Source of the DNA: Candidatus Undinarchaeota archaeon
GTDB taxonomy: Archaea; Undinarchaeota; Undinarchaeia; Undinarchaeales; UBA543
Assembly (NCBI GenBank): GCA_964636545.1
Contig: CAZWSR010000003.1
Span: 6,947 to 70,946 of the forward strand
Direction: 5' to 3'
Length of the DNA stretch: 64,000 nt
Shown: piece by piece, positions 49,006-58,111 of the stretch
Layout of the letters: every line of letters starts with the position of its first letter
How positions within the stretch are numbered: the stretch's first letter is position 1
Notes under the pieces: generated by a model
Seen by the model: the letters and a program-made list of their open reading frames with translations, nothing else
Told to the model about the DNA's origin: nothing
The model's database searches: none
Program-made: the position numbers and the translations under genes

Positions 49006-49806
49006 ATGAAAAATCAGGAATGGCTAGCAACCTGCCAAGCAATCGGCGATGAGGCATCAAGAGAGGTTATGCATTATTACAAACGCAATACAGGGACTGA
49101 GGAGATTGGACGAGGTTATGGCGGAGATATGACAATGCAGGTTGACAAGATTGCTGAGGACATTATTATCAAACACCTGAAAAAAACAAATGAAAACATC
49201 AAATTAACCACAGAAGAAGCAGGAGTTGTGAAAATCGGGAAAGGTGAACCAGATTATTTAGTATTTGCAGATCCGCTGGACGGCTCATTCAATTTCAAAA
49301 TGGGAATTGGTTATTTTGGAACTTCAATCGCCGTTCTAGATGCAAAAAAGAATATTGATGTTGTTGGCTACACTAAAAATTTTGTAAGCAAATCAGAATA
49401 TTATGCAATGCTTGGCAAAGGTGCTTTCAAAAATGGAGACAGAGTTTACACAAGCAAGAAAGAAACACCTGAAAACGTTATGCTGGAATGCTCGTATGGT
49501 GCAAATTTTGATAGTATTAAAAAAATCACAGATGTTTTTCACACAGCACGACACTCCAGAATGGCTGGAGCAGTTGCAATTGATTACTGCAAAGTTGCAA
49601 GTGGCGGATTTGATGCTTTGATTTACGCTGGATCAAAAAGATATTTAGATGTTGTTGCAGGAAATTTCATTATCAAGGAAGCAGGTGGAGTGATTACTGA
49701 CTTTACTGGCAATGAAACAATTTACAAAGGAAATGAGCTTCTTGCAAGTGATTTGCTGGTTTGCGGAAACACGAAAATTCGAGATTATATTTTGGGGAAG
49801 AAATGA
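49006..49806 (+). CDS. suhB: Inositol monophosphatase / FBPase (SuhB family)
   Basis: TEE, DPLDGS and YLDVVAG...EAGG. Confidence 0.9.
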   Translation: MKNQEWLATCQAIGDEASREVMHYYKRNTGTEEIGRGYGGDMTMQVDKIAEDIIIKHLKKTNENIKLTTEEAGVVKIGKGEPDYLVFADPLDGSFNFKMGIGYFGTSIAVLDAKKNIDVVGYTKNFVSKSEYYAMLGKGAFKNGDRVYTSKKETPENVMLECSYGANFDSIKKITDVFHTARHSRMAGAVAIDYCKVASGGFDALIYAGSKRYLDVVAGNFIIKEAGGVITDFTGNETIYKGNELLASDLLVCGNTKIRDYILGKK

Positions 49807-50576
49807 TTACAGTTGTCTTAATTGAACCACATTATTCTGGGAATATTGGCTCAGTTTGCAGAGCTATGAAGAATTTTGGATTTAGTAAATTGGAATTTGT
49901 TAATCCAAAAAAGATTACAGCTGAAGCTGGGATGATGGCTGTTCATGCAAAAGATGTTCTGGAAAAAGCAAAAACAGTAACTAAGTTTGATTTTAAGAAA
50001 TATGATTATGTAATTGGAACAAGTTGCAAAGCAACAGAAAAGGATGATTATTTTTTGAGAATGACAACGCCACTGAAAGAGTTGAAAAAGAAATTTGGGG
50101 CACCGGGGCGCGGGGGCGCCGCTGGACAGAAACGGCGCTCCGGATCCACGGCGCTCCGGCCAACTGGAAAGATAGCAATTGTGTTTGGTCCAGAACCTTC
50201 TGGCTTGTCAAATGAATTTCTTGAGAAATGTGATATCATCACAACAATCCCAACTTCTCCAAAATACAGAAGCATGAATTTGTCACACGCTGTTGCAGTA
50301 GTGCTGTACGAACTTGCAGGTAGTGGGCAGGGGGCAGTGAGCAGTGGGGCAACAGTGCGATTAGCAAATTCAAAGGAGAAATCACTAATCAATACCAATA
50401 TGAAAAGTATTGTTAAGAAAAGTGGTTATCCTGCTGAAAAACACAAAGTATTTAACAGCATGTTCCAGAAGCTCCTAGGGAGAGCAGTAGTAACTGGGAG
50501 AGAAGCAAACACATTAATAGGCGTTCTCAAACGTATAAAGAAGGCAACAGGCGTCAGGGATCAGGCATCAGGATAA
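49803..50576 (+). CDS. trmJ: TrmJ/TrmH-family SPOUT tRNA methyltransferase carrying repeat-derived in-frame insertions
   Basis: VLIEPHYSGNIGSVCRAMKNFG, VFGPEPSGLSNE and SMNLSHAV; ATGA overlap with suhB. Confidence 0.92.
   Translation: MITVVLIEPHYSGNIGSVCRAMKNFGFSKLEFVNPKKITAEAGMMAVHAKDVLEKAKTVTKFDFKKYDYVIGTSCKATEKDDYFLRMTTPLKELKKKFGAPGRGGAAGQKRRSGSTALRPTGKIAIVFGPEPSGLSNEFLEKCDIITTIPTSPKYRSMNLSHAVAVVLYELAGSGQGAVSSGATVRLANSKEKSLINTNMKSIVKKSGYPAEKHKVFNSMFQKLLGRAVVTGREANTLIGVLKRIKKATGVRDQASG
50097..50164. repeat. GC-rich octamer hairpin, in-frame inside trmJ (GAPGRGGAAGQKRRSGSTALRPT)
   Basis: ggggcacc ggggcgcg ggggcgcc gctggacagaaa cggcgctc cggatcca cggcgctc cggccaac. Confidence 0.9.
50319..50346. 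repeat. GGTAGTA-family heptamer arm, in-frame in the trmJ linker (GSGQGAVSS)
   Basis: ggtagtg ggcaggg ggcagtg agcagtg. Confidence 0.8.
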
Positions 50577-50616
50577 CAAAACCTGATACCAGAAACCCGA
50601 TACCTGATACCTGTAA
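50548..50616 (+). repeat. CAGGTAT-family heptamer hairpin encoding the trmJ C-terminus and stop
   Basis: caggcgt cagggat caggcat caggata acaaaa cctgata ccagaaa cccgata cctgata cctgtaa. Confidence 0.88.
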
Positions 50617-50635
50617 AAAAGAGGTAAATAAAAAA

Positions 50636-51928
50636 ATGTCATTACTTATGGGCGGCGGCGGATCAACAGTTCAGACAATGATAAACTGGGGTATAATGCT
50701 TTTTATCTTCATGTTTATTTTGCCTAAATTGTACTTTTACCAGATATTTTCAAAACTGGAACTAAGTGCTAGGAAACTTGAGGCACTTTCTGATAAAGCT
50801 CAGAAACAATTGCTCAAAGATACAAAAAAATGGAGCAATAGCCAGAGTGGGCCAAAGGGAATTCTCAAAGGCTTTATTGACTTTTTCATGATACCCCCAA
50901 TTAATCTTGATCCATTTGGAATTGTTAAGAAACTGGGTCACATGATAGACCACACAGAAAACAGGTTCAAAGAAACTGCAAAACAAATGGTGCCAAAAGC
51001 AAATAGTGAGCAGATAATGAATGTGAATATGGGATTGCAAGCAGCAACCATGCTCCACCAGCTCTCAAAAATAGTTAGACACTATGTTGAAATGGCAAAG
51101 AAATTCAAGAACTTGCAAATCGCAATGATAATTCAGATGCAGATGCCAATACTTGAGAAAATCGCAGAAGCACAATATGATGGAATGGAAACTTTCCTCA
51201 AAGGAGAAGCAATTGGAGATGCAGCAGGACCGCTAACAATCGCCAGTTTGCTTGACAAAGAAGGAAAAGAAATTGCACAAGATGTTGTTGCAGTAACTGA
51301 AAAGAAATGGGGCAGAAACATAACATTCCTTAAAGCAAGTGGACCAGGTGGACGCCTTGGAAAACTTGGAGAAGCTGTTGCAAAAGCTTGCAAAGGCAGG
51401 AAAATAACAAAAATAATCACAATTGACGCTGCTCAGAAGCTTGAAGGAGAGAAAACAGGCAGTGTTGCAGAAGGAGTAGGTGTTGCAATGGGTGGAGCGG
51501 GAGTACAGAGATCGCAAATTGAAGCAACTGCAGTTACTTTAGGTGTTCCAGTTGAAGCAGTTGCAATAAAAATGAGTCCTTTCCAGGCAATTAAGCCAAT
51601 GACAATTAATGTATTGAAAGCAATTGACAAGGCAACTGGATTACTTAGAATGAGAGTAGAAGCCACACCGAAAGGTTCAAATATAGTAGTGATTGGTGTA
51701 GGTAACACTTGTGGTATTCCTAACACAAACAAAAACCTTAAAAGCGTTGAGGAAGCCATAAAGAAAGCCGCTAGGAAGAAAAAAGCAGAAGAACAGAAGA
51801 AAATGAAGAAAGGCCTGTTCAAGAGAAAGAAAAAACAAGGCGACTATGACGATGATGATGTGCCAGCTACTGGTTCAATGTCAAAACTTGGGATGTTCAT
51901 GAATTTCATGTATTCCAGAATAAGATAA
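50636..51928 (+). CDS. DUF1512 family protein
   Basis: N-terminal TM; GDAAGP, IITIDAAQKLEGEKTGSVAEGVGVAMGG and IGVGNTCG. Confidence 0.88.
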   Translation: MSLLMGGGGSTVQTMINWGIMLFIFMFILPKLYFYQIFSKLELSARKLEALSDKAQKQLLKDTKKWSNSQSGPKGILKGFIDFFMIPPINLDPFGIVKKLGHMIDHTENRFKETAKQMVPKANSEQIMNVNMGLQAATMLHQLSKIVRHYVEMAKKFKNLQIAMIIQMQMPILEKIAEAQYDGMETFLKGEAIGDAAGPLTIASLLDKEGKEIAQDVVAVTEKKWGRNITFLKASGPGGRLGKLGEAVAKACKGRKITKIITIDAAQKLEGEKTGSVAEGVGVAMGGAGVQRSQIEATAVTLGVPVEAVAIKMSPFQAIKPMTINVLKAIDKATGLLRMRVEATPKGSNIVVIGVGNTCGIPNTNKNLKSVEEAIKKAARKKKAEEQKKMKKGLFKRKKKQGDYDDDDVPATGSMSKLGMFMNFMYSRIR

Positions 51929-52013
51929 GAGGCATCAGGTGTCAGCAGTCAGCCATCAGGACCTGATGGCTGAAGGCCGAGGGCTGAAACCTTAACCAAG
52001 AGGACAAATAAAA
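51929..52013 (+). repeat. CAGGTAT/TCAGC-family heptamer hairpin upstream of uL16
   Basis: Perfect 12-bp arms tcagccatcagg-a-cctgatggctga at 51949-51973; ends ccttaaccaagagga...ATG. Confidence 0.9.
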
Positions 52014-52544
52014 ATGGGTGAACGAAGAGGAGGAATTTACGCAAGGTTCGATTCAAGGCCGAACTGTAGAAAGAGTGAGCGAAAGCCTCGAAAAGGATAT
52101 GTAAAAGGAGTTCCAGGACTACGAATTCACCACTTCCACACAGGAAACAGGAAAAGCAAATTTGATATTGAACTTTCACTTGCACCAGAGAATGATGTTC
52201 AGATAAAGCACACAGCTCTGGAAGCAGCTCGTATTAGCGCTGGAAAAACACTTGCAACCAAACTTGGCGAGCAGAATTTTCATTTACTTATTAGAAAGTA
52301 CCCACACCACATTTTGAGGGAAAACTCAATGGCTACTGGTGCTGGTGCAGACCGATTTTCAAGTGGTATGAGCAAATCTTTTGGTAGACCTATTGGAATG
52401 GCAGCCCGTGTTAGACGCGGAGAGAAGATTATGAGCTTGTTTGTTCCAAAAGGCAGTGAAGTTGTTGCAAAAGATGCACTACGAAGAGCAAATATGAAAT
52501 TCCCAGCAAGATGCAGTACCACTATTGAGAAGGTATTGGAATAA
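52014..52544 (+). CDS. rpl10e: 50S ribosomal protein L10e/L16 (uL16)
   Basis: ALEAARI, YPHHILREN...GAGADR and GMSKSFGRPIG. Confidence 0.95.
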   Translation: MGERRGGIYARFDSRPNCRKSERKPRKGYVKGVPGLRIHHFHTGNRKSKFDIELSLAPENDVQIKHTALEAARISAGKTLATKLGEQNFHLLIRKYPHHILRENSMATGAGADRFSSGMSKSFGRPIGMAARVRRGEKIMSLFVPKGSEVVAKDALRRANMKFPARCSTTIEKVLE

Positions 52545-52590
52545 AGCAGATTTCTAAAAGAATTTATACTAAAAAGTTAAAGGAATAGCC

Positions 52591-53451
52591 ATGACACCAT
52601 CCTGGAGAAGAAAATTTGAGGAATTTAATAACGAGAAGGTAGTTGATACGATTCTTGAAAAACTTGAGACTAACATAAGAGACAAGGACGAAAAAAAGAG
52701 GGAAGTTGAAATAGACTGGGATCATGACGGAGATACAGATGCATGGGAAAGAAATGAACGGACCATTGCAGAATTTGTTAACAAAGAAAAATTTATTTCA
52801 AAACTTGTGAAAGGAGTAAAACCAATAAGAGTGGATGGAAATGAAAGATTTTATGGATTATTTGCACAAGAAATAGATGGCTGGAAAGTTCTACTAGAAC
52901 CATGGACACAAGTGGACAAAGGAAAGGTAATTAGTGCAGAGTATGAGAGTGTTACGATAATTATAGCAAAGATAGACAACAAAAGAAATTTGGAATACAA
53001 GGCTGATCGAATCTATGGAGAACATTTAGCAGTACAACATGAAGATTGCTCATCTTTTTTAGGTGCAAAATTTGACTTGAAATTCAAAACATCAAAGAAT
53101 CCAAAGGGCCTGATTCTTGGAGAAGATTTGTATGATTTCGCAGGAGAACTTATTGAATTATCAAAAAGTATGGATTGTGGAATAGGAGTAAAAAACATTA
53201 AGCAGAAAAAGAACGGAGAGTTGAAATTCCATGGAGGAATACATATCTACCCTCGTTTTCAAAGCTCATTTAAGAACAATAAAATGAAGATACAAATGGG
53301 TTATGCTTTATTTTATAGAGAAGGATATGAGTTATGGGGCAACAGAATAGGATTGAACAAAACAGATGATAAGGCAAATGGAGTTGAACTAAAGATCCCA
53401 TATACAACAGGAGATCTTGATGATCTTGGATTTACAGACGGAGAGTCGTGA
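52591..53451 (+). CDS. Hypothetical protein
   Basis: 286 aa ORF with a TTTATA box upstream; no recognised motif. Confidence 0.65.
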   Translation: MTPSWRRKFEEFNNEKVVDTILEKLETNIRDKDEKKREVEIDWDHDGDTDAWERNERTIAEFVNKEKFISKLVKGVKPIRVDGNERFYGLFAQEIDGWKVLLEPWTQVDKGKVISAEYESVTIIIAKIDNKRNLEYKADRIYGEHLAVQHEDCSSFLGAKFDLKFKTSKNPKGLILGEDLYDFAGELIELSKSMDCGIGVKNIKQKKNGELKFHGGIHIYPRFQSSFKNNKMKIQMGYALFYREGYELWGNRIGLNKTDDKANGVELKIPYTTGDLDDLGFTDGES

Positions 53452-53518
53452 ATAACTGAAACTCACATTACCCACTATTTATTTAAACCCGCGATTACTA
53501 CTGCGATTAAGATAAAAC

Positions 53519-56266
53519 ATGGATTATATTGTATGGTTCAAAGATTTGAATAAAAAAAGCATCAGCGTAGCTGGAGGTAAAGGAGCAAACCTTGGTGAGC
53601 TGACTGCTGCTGGAATGCCAGTGCCTGAAGGTTTTATTTTAACTGCACAAACCTACAAGAAATTTATTGACGAGGCAGATCTGAATGAAGACATAAACGA
53701 AATTCTAAAGGACTTGGATGTTGAGGATAATGACAAACTGCAGAAGGCATCAAAAGATATTGGAAGTATGATAACTGGTTCTCCAATGCCAGATGAAGTG
53801 CAGGAAGCAATCAAAACCGAGTATGAAAAAATTGAATCAACTGATAATATTATAATTGCAGGAACAGGGCAAGAACCAGGAGAATTTGTTGCAGTGCGCT
53901 CTTCAGCAACTGCAGAGGACCTGCCAGGCGCAAGTTTCGCAGGCCAACAAGCAACTTTCTTGAATGTGAAAGGTGGAACCAACCTAATCCACGCAGTAAA
54001 AGAGTGCTGGGCTTCATTGTTTACAGCAAGAGCAATTTATTATCGTGTGAAAAAAGGTTTTGAGCATGAGAAAGTTCTGATTTCAGTTATTGTTCAGAAA
54101 ATGATTGACTCAGACAAGTCAGGAGTTATGTTTACTGTAAATCCAGTTGATAATGACCGCTCAAAAATTTCAATTGACTCTGCTTGGGGACTTGGAGAAG
54201 CAATTGTTGGCGGACAAGTTACTCCAGATCACTTCCTTGTTGATAAAGAAACACAAGAAATTACAGAAAGTAAAGTTTCTAAAAAGGACTTCATGTACAC
54301 CCGAGATATTGCAGAAGGAAACACAACAAAAGTGACTTTGACTGACGAAACCGCGAATAAGAGCTCAGTTACTGATGAGGAAGTTAAAACTCTTGCTGAG
54401 TTTGGGAAGAAGATTGAGGCGCATTATGATTATCCACAAGATATTGAATGGGCAATTGATAGTGGTGAATTTTTCATTTTGCAATCAAGGCCAGTTACGA
54501 CTTTAGGGGATGAAGATGGAAAGGCAGTAGGTAGTGGGCAGAAGGCAGTAGCTGAAAAACCTCAAACCACTGCACCAACAGGCGATGTTTTAGTAAAAGG
54601 TTTTGGCGCAAGCCCAGGAATTGGCGGCGGAAAAGTGAAGATTGTTCACGATGCTAGTGAATTAACAAAAGTTGAAAAAGGAAATGTGCTTGTTGCTAAA
54701 ATGACTAGCCCAGATATGGTTCCAGCAATGGAAAGAGCAAGTGCAATTGTCACAAATGAAGGTGGAGTAACTTGTCATGCTGCAATTGTTTCACGAGAAC
54801 TTGGAATACCATGTATTGTTGGAAGTGAAAATGCAACTGAAGTTTTGAAAGATGATCAAGAAGTCACAGTTGATGCAAAAGCAGGAGTTGTTTACCCTGG
54901 AATAAAAGCAAATGCAAGCACAGAACCAATAAAACTTGAAACAGCTGACAAAATCCCAACAAAAACAAAGATTTATGTTAATTTAGGAATTCCAAGCAAG
55001 GCAAAAGAGGTTGCTGCACTGCCAGTTGACGGTGTTGGTTTGATGCGAGAAGAATTTTTAATTGCTTCGCAGATTGGTGAGCACCCACTTGCAATGATTG
55101 AACGTGGAGCATCGCAGGAGTTTATTGACAAATTAGCTGACGGAATTCAGCAAGTTGCTGAAGCATTTAATCCACGACCAGTTGTTCTGCGACTAAGTGA
55201 TTTGAAAACAAATGAGTACCATGACTTGAAAGGTGGAGATAAATTTGAAGATCCTGAAGATAATCCAATGATTGGATGGCGCGGATGCTCAAGATACACT
55301 TCTGACAAATACAAAGAGGCATTCAAGCTTGAATTGAAAGCTGTGAAGAAGGTGCGTGATGCTGGTTTCAAGAATATTGTAATAATGTTACCGTTTGTTA
55401 GAAAACTTGATGATGTTACACGAGTTACAGAACTGATGAAAGAAGAAGGACTTGAGCGCGGCGAGGACTTGAAATTATGGATAATGGCAGAAGTTCCTTC
55501 AGTTGTTATTCTTGCTGACGAATTTGCAAAACTTGTTGATGGATTTTCAATTGGCAGTAATGATTTAACTCAATTGACAATGGGAGCAGACCGCGATTCT
55601 GAATTGCTTGAGAAACTTGGTTATTTTGATGAGCGAGATGAAGCAGTTATGCGATCAATTGCACGTTTGATAAAATTAGGAAATAATGCAGGAATTACTG
55701 TTTCAATTTGCGGACAAGCACCTAGCACAAAGCCAGAGATTATCAAAGTTTTAGTTGAGAAAGGAATTACTTCAATAAGTGCAAATCCAGATGTTGCTGT
55801 GCAGACAATGAAAATGGTTGCTCAGGAAGAGAGTAAGATTACTTTAGCTAAGGATGAAATTGAATCAGGGGCTCCGGGGCGCAGTGAAACCGGGGCGACG
55901 GAGCGGAGTATAGACGTAGAGACGAAAACAGAACCTCAAACTCCAAACCCACAACCCCAAACCACTGAACCAATTGAAATACAAACTCCAAGCCATGTAG
56001 AACCGAAACCACCTAGCGCACCAGCCCCTATGCCACCTAAAGAAGAATCAGAGAAAAAGCAAGAGAACCTACCCCATTTTTCACCTCCAGCACAACTTCC
56101 AAAAAAAGATGATGACGAAGACGACGAGGATGACGATGATAATGGATTTATTGAGAAAGTAGAAGATGTTGTTGAAGATATTGGAGATAAAGTTGAAGAA
56201 ATTGGAGAAAAAGTAACTGGATTTTTCAGGCATGATAAGGACGAGGAAGGGAAGGAAGAAGAATAG
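53519..56266 (+). CDS. ppsA: Phosphoenolpyruvate synthase with a long low-complexity C-terminal extension
   Basis: GGKGANLGEL, AVRSSATAEDLPGASFAGQQ, GGVTCHAAIVSRELG, NPMIGWRG and SIGSNDLTQ. Confidence 0.96.
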   Translation: MDYIVWFKDLNKKSISVAGGKGANLGELTAAGMPVPEGFILTAQTYKKFIDEADLNEDINEILKDLDVEDNDKLQKASKDIGSMITGSPMPDEVQEAIKTEYEKIESTDNIIIAGTGQEPGEFVAVRSSATAEDLPGASFAGQQATFLNVKGGTNLIHAVKECWASLFTARAIYYRVKKGFEHEKVLISVIVQKMIDSDKSGVMFTVNPVDNDRSKISIDSAWGLGEAIVGGQVTPDHFLVDKETQEITESKVSKKDFMYTRDIAEGNTTKVTLTDETANKSSVTDEEVKTLAEFGKKIEAHYDYPQDIEWAIDSGEFFILQSRPVTTLGDEDGKAVGSGQKAVAEKPQTTAPTGDVLVKGFGASPGIGGGKVKIVHDASELTKVEKGNVLVAKMTSPDMVPAMERASAIVTNEGGVTCHAAIVSRELGIPCIVGSENATEVLKDDQEVTVDAKAGVVYPGIKANASTEPIKLETADKIPTKTKIYVNLGIPSKAKEVAALPVDGVGLMREEFLIASQIGEHPLAMIERGASQEFIDKLADGIQQVAEAFNPRPVVLRLSDLKTNEYHDLKGGDKFEDPEDNPMIGWRGCSRYTSDKYKEAFKLELKAVKKVRDAGFKNIVIMLPFVRKLDDVTRVTELMKEEGLERGEDLKLWIMAEVPSVVILADEFAKLVDGFSIGSNDLTQLTMGADRDSELLEKLGYFDERDEAVMRSIARLIKLGNNAGITVSICGQAPSTKPEIIKVLVEKGITSISANPDVAVQTMKMVAQEESKITLAKDEIESGAPGRSETGATERSIDVETKTEPQTPNPQPQTTEPIEIQTPSHVEPKPPSAPAPMPPKEESEKKQENLPHFSPPAQLPKKDDDEDDEDDDDNGFIEKVEDVVEDIGDKVEEIGEKVTGFFRHDKDEEGKEEE
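54523..54550. repeat. GGTAGTA-family heptamer arm, in-frame in the ppsA inter-domain linker (KAVGSGQKAV)
   Basis: ggcagta ggtagtg ggcagaa ggcagta. Confidence 0.8.
55868..55907. repeat. GC-rich octamer arm, in-frame in the ppsA tail (GAPGRSETGATER)
   Basis: ggggctcc ggggcgca gtgaaacc ggggcgac ggagcgga. Confidence 0.8.
55934..55968. repeat. Heptamer arm, in-frame in the ppsA tail (PQTPNPQPQT)
   Basis: cctcaaa ctccaaa cccacaa ccccaaa ccactga. Confidence 0.65.
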
Positions 56267-56302
56267 CTAACATTTTTATACCATAACTTGAAGGAATTTA
56301 TT

Positions 56303-57286
56303 ATGCAAGACAAGATTTTACAAGCAGTTCAGGAAAAAGGAGCAAAGAAGATAGGACTGCAGGTTCCAGAAGGCCTGAAGAACAAGGCAGTTGAGTGGGC
56401 ACAAGAAATTGAGAAAACTGGAGCAAAAGTTTATATTTTCGCTGATCCATGCTATGGAGCTTGTGATTTATGGGATTTTGAAGCAGACCGACTTGGTTGC
56501 GATTTGCTAATTCATGTTGGGCATTCTACAATTGGAATTGAAGAAAAAATTCCAACAGTTTACATTGAATATGAATCTGACTTGGATATTTCAAAAATTG
56601 TTGAGAAAGCTGGACAGGAAATTGAAGAAAAAAAGATTGTATTAACCACTACACTGCAACACATCAAACAACTTGATAAAATTAAAGAAATTCTGGAAAA
56701 ATCTGGAAAAGAAGTTGTTATTGGAAAAGCAGGAACTCGTTCAAAATATGATGGACAGATTCTTGGATGCGACCCAGGAGTTATTGCTGATGCAGATGCA
56801 TATCTTTACATTGGTACTGGAAACTTCCACGCAATTGAAATTGCACTTGCAACAGGCAAAAAAGTTTACATTGCTGATCCTGAGCTTGACCAAATTAGGA
56901 TTTTAGATGATGAAAAAGAGGAATTCTTAAGAAAACGATTTGCAAAAATTGAGAATGTGAAGGGGGCGCCGGGGCGCCGGGGCGCCGGGGCTCAGAAGTT
57001 CGGTATTCTGGTCAGCATAAAACCAGGTCAGAACCGAATGGACTTGGCTGAAAAACTGAAAAAGATGTGTGAAGAGAAAGGAAAGCAAGCAGAAATTCTT
57101 GTGATGGACTACATTAGCCCAGAAAAACTACTTGGATTTGGATTTGATGCATATGTAAACACAGCTTGTCCGCGAATTGCTATTGATGATTCTGGAAATT
57201 ATGACAAGCCGCTACTAACTCCGCAGGAATTAGAGATTGTTCTGGGAATTAGAGAATGGGAAAAATATAAATTAGATAGATTCTAA
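56303..57286 (+). CDS. dph2: Diphthamide biosynthesis radical-SAM enzyme Dph2
   Basis: Three Fe-S cysteines in DPCYGACD, ILGCD and TACPR; LQVPEGLK. Confidence 0.94.
   Translation: MQDKILQAVQEKGAKKIGLQVPEGLKNKAVEWAQEIEKTGAKVYIFADPCYGACDLWDFEADRLGCDLLIHVGHSTIGIEEKIPTVYIEYESDLDISKIVEKAGQEIEEKKIVLTTTLQHIKQLDKIKEILEKSGKEVVIGKAGTRSKYDGQILGCDPGVIADADAYLYIGTGNFHAIEIALATGKKVYIADPELDQIRILDDEKEEFLRKRFAKIENVKGAPGRRGAGAQKFGILVSIKPGQNRMDLAEKLKKMCEEKGKQAEILVMDYISPEKLLGFGFDAYVNTACPRIAIDDSGNYDKPLLTPQELEIVLGIREWEKYKLDRF
56963..56994. repeat. GC-rich octamer array, in-frame in dph2 (GAPGRRGAGAQ)
   Basis: ggggcgcc x3 perfect, followed by ggggctca. Confidence 0.9.
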
Positions 57287-57295
57287 TAATAAGAT

Positions 57296-58000
57296 ATGAG
57301 TTTTGAAACTGAAAACGAAAAACTAAAACAGAATGAAGTTATTACATATGAAAGTAAGGTGAATATAAAGAATATTAAAGATGACTACGAGAAACTGATA
57401 ATCGATATTGGCGCAATTGGAGATATTGAAAAAGAAATCGGGTTTGGAAAAATACTTCTACCATGTGTTGAGCTGTCAAAGAACAAGAAATGGTTTGTAA
57501 CAGCTATTGATCTACCATTTATAACTGTAGAAGATATGATTACAGTTGAGGAATTCTGCGAAAATGATCTCCAAAAACTGAAGAGGAAGAATTTAGGTAT
57601 GAGAATTCTGGAAACAAATTACAAGACACTTCCGTTTGACACTTCAATTTTTGACAGGGTTGAGATGCATTATGTTCTTACAATTTGCGACAAAAACGCA
57701 AAGAATATTCTAAGTGAAGCTGACAGAGTCCTGAAACCAGGTGGAGTCATGATGATAAGTGGCGAGTATGGTTCACTAGTGAACTTGGATAGAAAGCAGA
57801 AAAAACTTCTACATAAGTTCATACAAAAGAAAAAATATACAAAAATAAAACCTGTGACAAAACAAGTGATGGTTAGTAACTTTGGTGAGGAGTTTGGAGA
57901 TGAGAAAGAACATCGTTTATACATGCTAAGAAAACCAGTTGAAAAAGATAAGAGAGGAATACTCAATAGTTTGAAAAAGTGGATAACTAATTGGATGTGA
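57296..58000 (+). CDS. Class I SAM-methyltransferase-like protein (divergent)
   Basis: LIIDIG and LPFDTSIFDRV...EADRVLKPGG. Confidence 0.65.
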   Translation: MSFETENEKLKQNEVITYESKVNIKNIKDDYEKLIIDIGAIGDIEKEIGFGKILLPCVELSKNKKWFVTAIDLPFITVEDMITVEEFCENDLQKLKRKNLGMRILETNYKTLPFDTSIFDRVEMHYVLTICDKNAKNILSEADRVLKPGGVMMISGEYGSLVNLDRKQKKLLHKFIQKKKYTKIKPVTKQVMVSNFGEEFGDEKEHRLYMLRKPVEKDKRGILNSLKKWITNWM

Positions 58001-58030
58001 AAATTATAAATTGGACCGATTTTAAGCCAA

Positions 58031-58062
58031 TTACCTACCACCCACTACCCACTACCTGAACC
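58031..58062. repeat. GGTAGTA-family heptamer arm upstream of the rpoL promoter
   Basis: ttacc taccacc cactacc cactacc. Confidence 0.78.
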
Positions 58063-58111
58063 AATTGGATAAACTTATAAACACCCAAAAACTCAGAATA
58101 GAGGTAATAAA

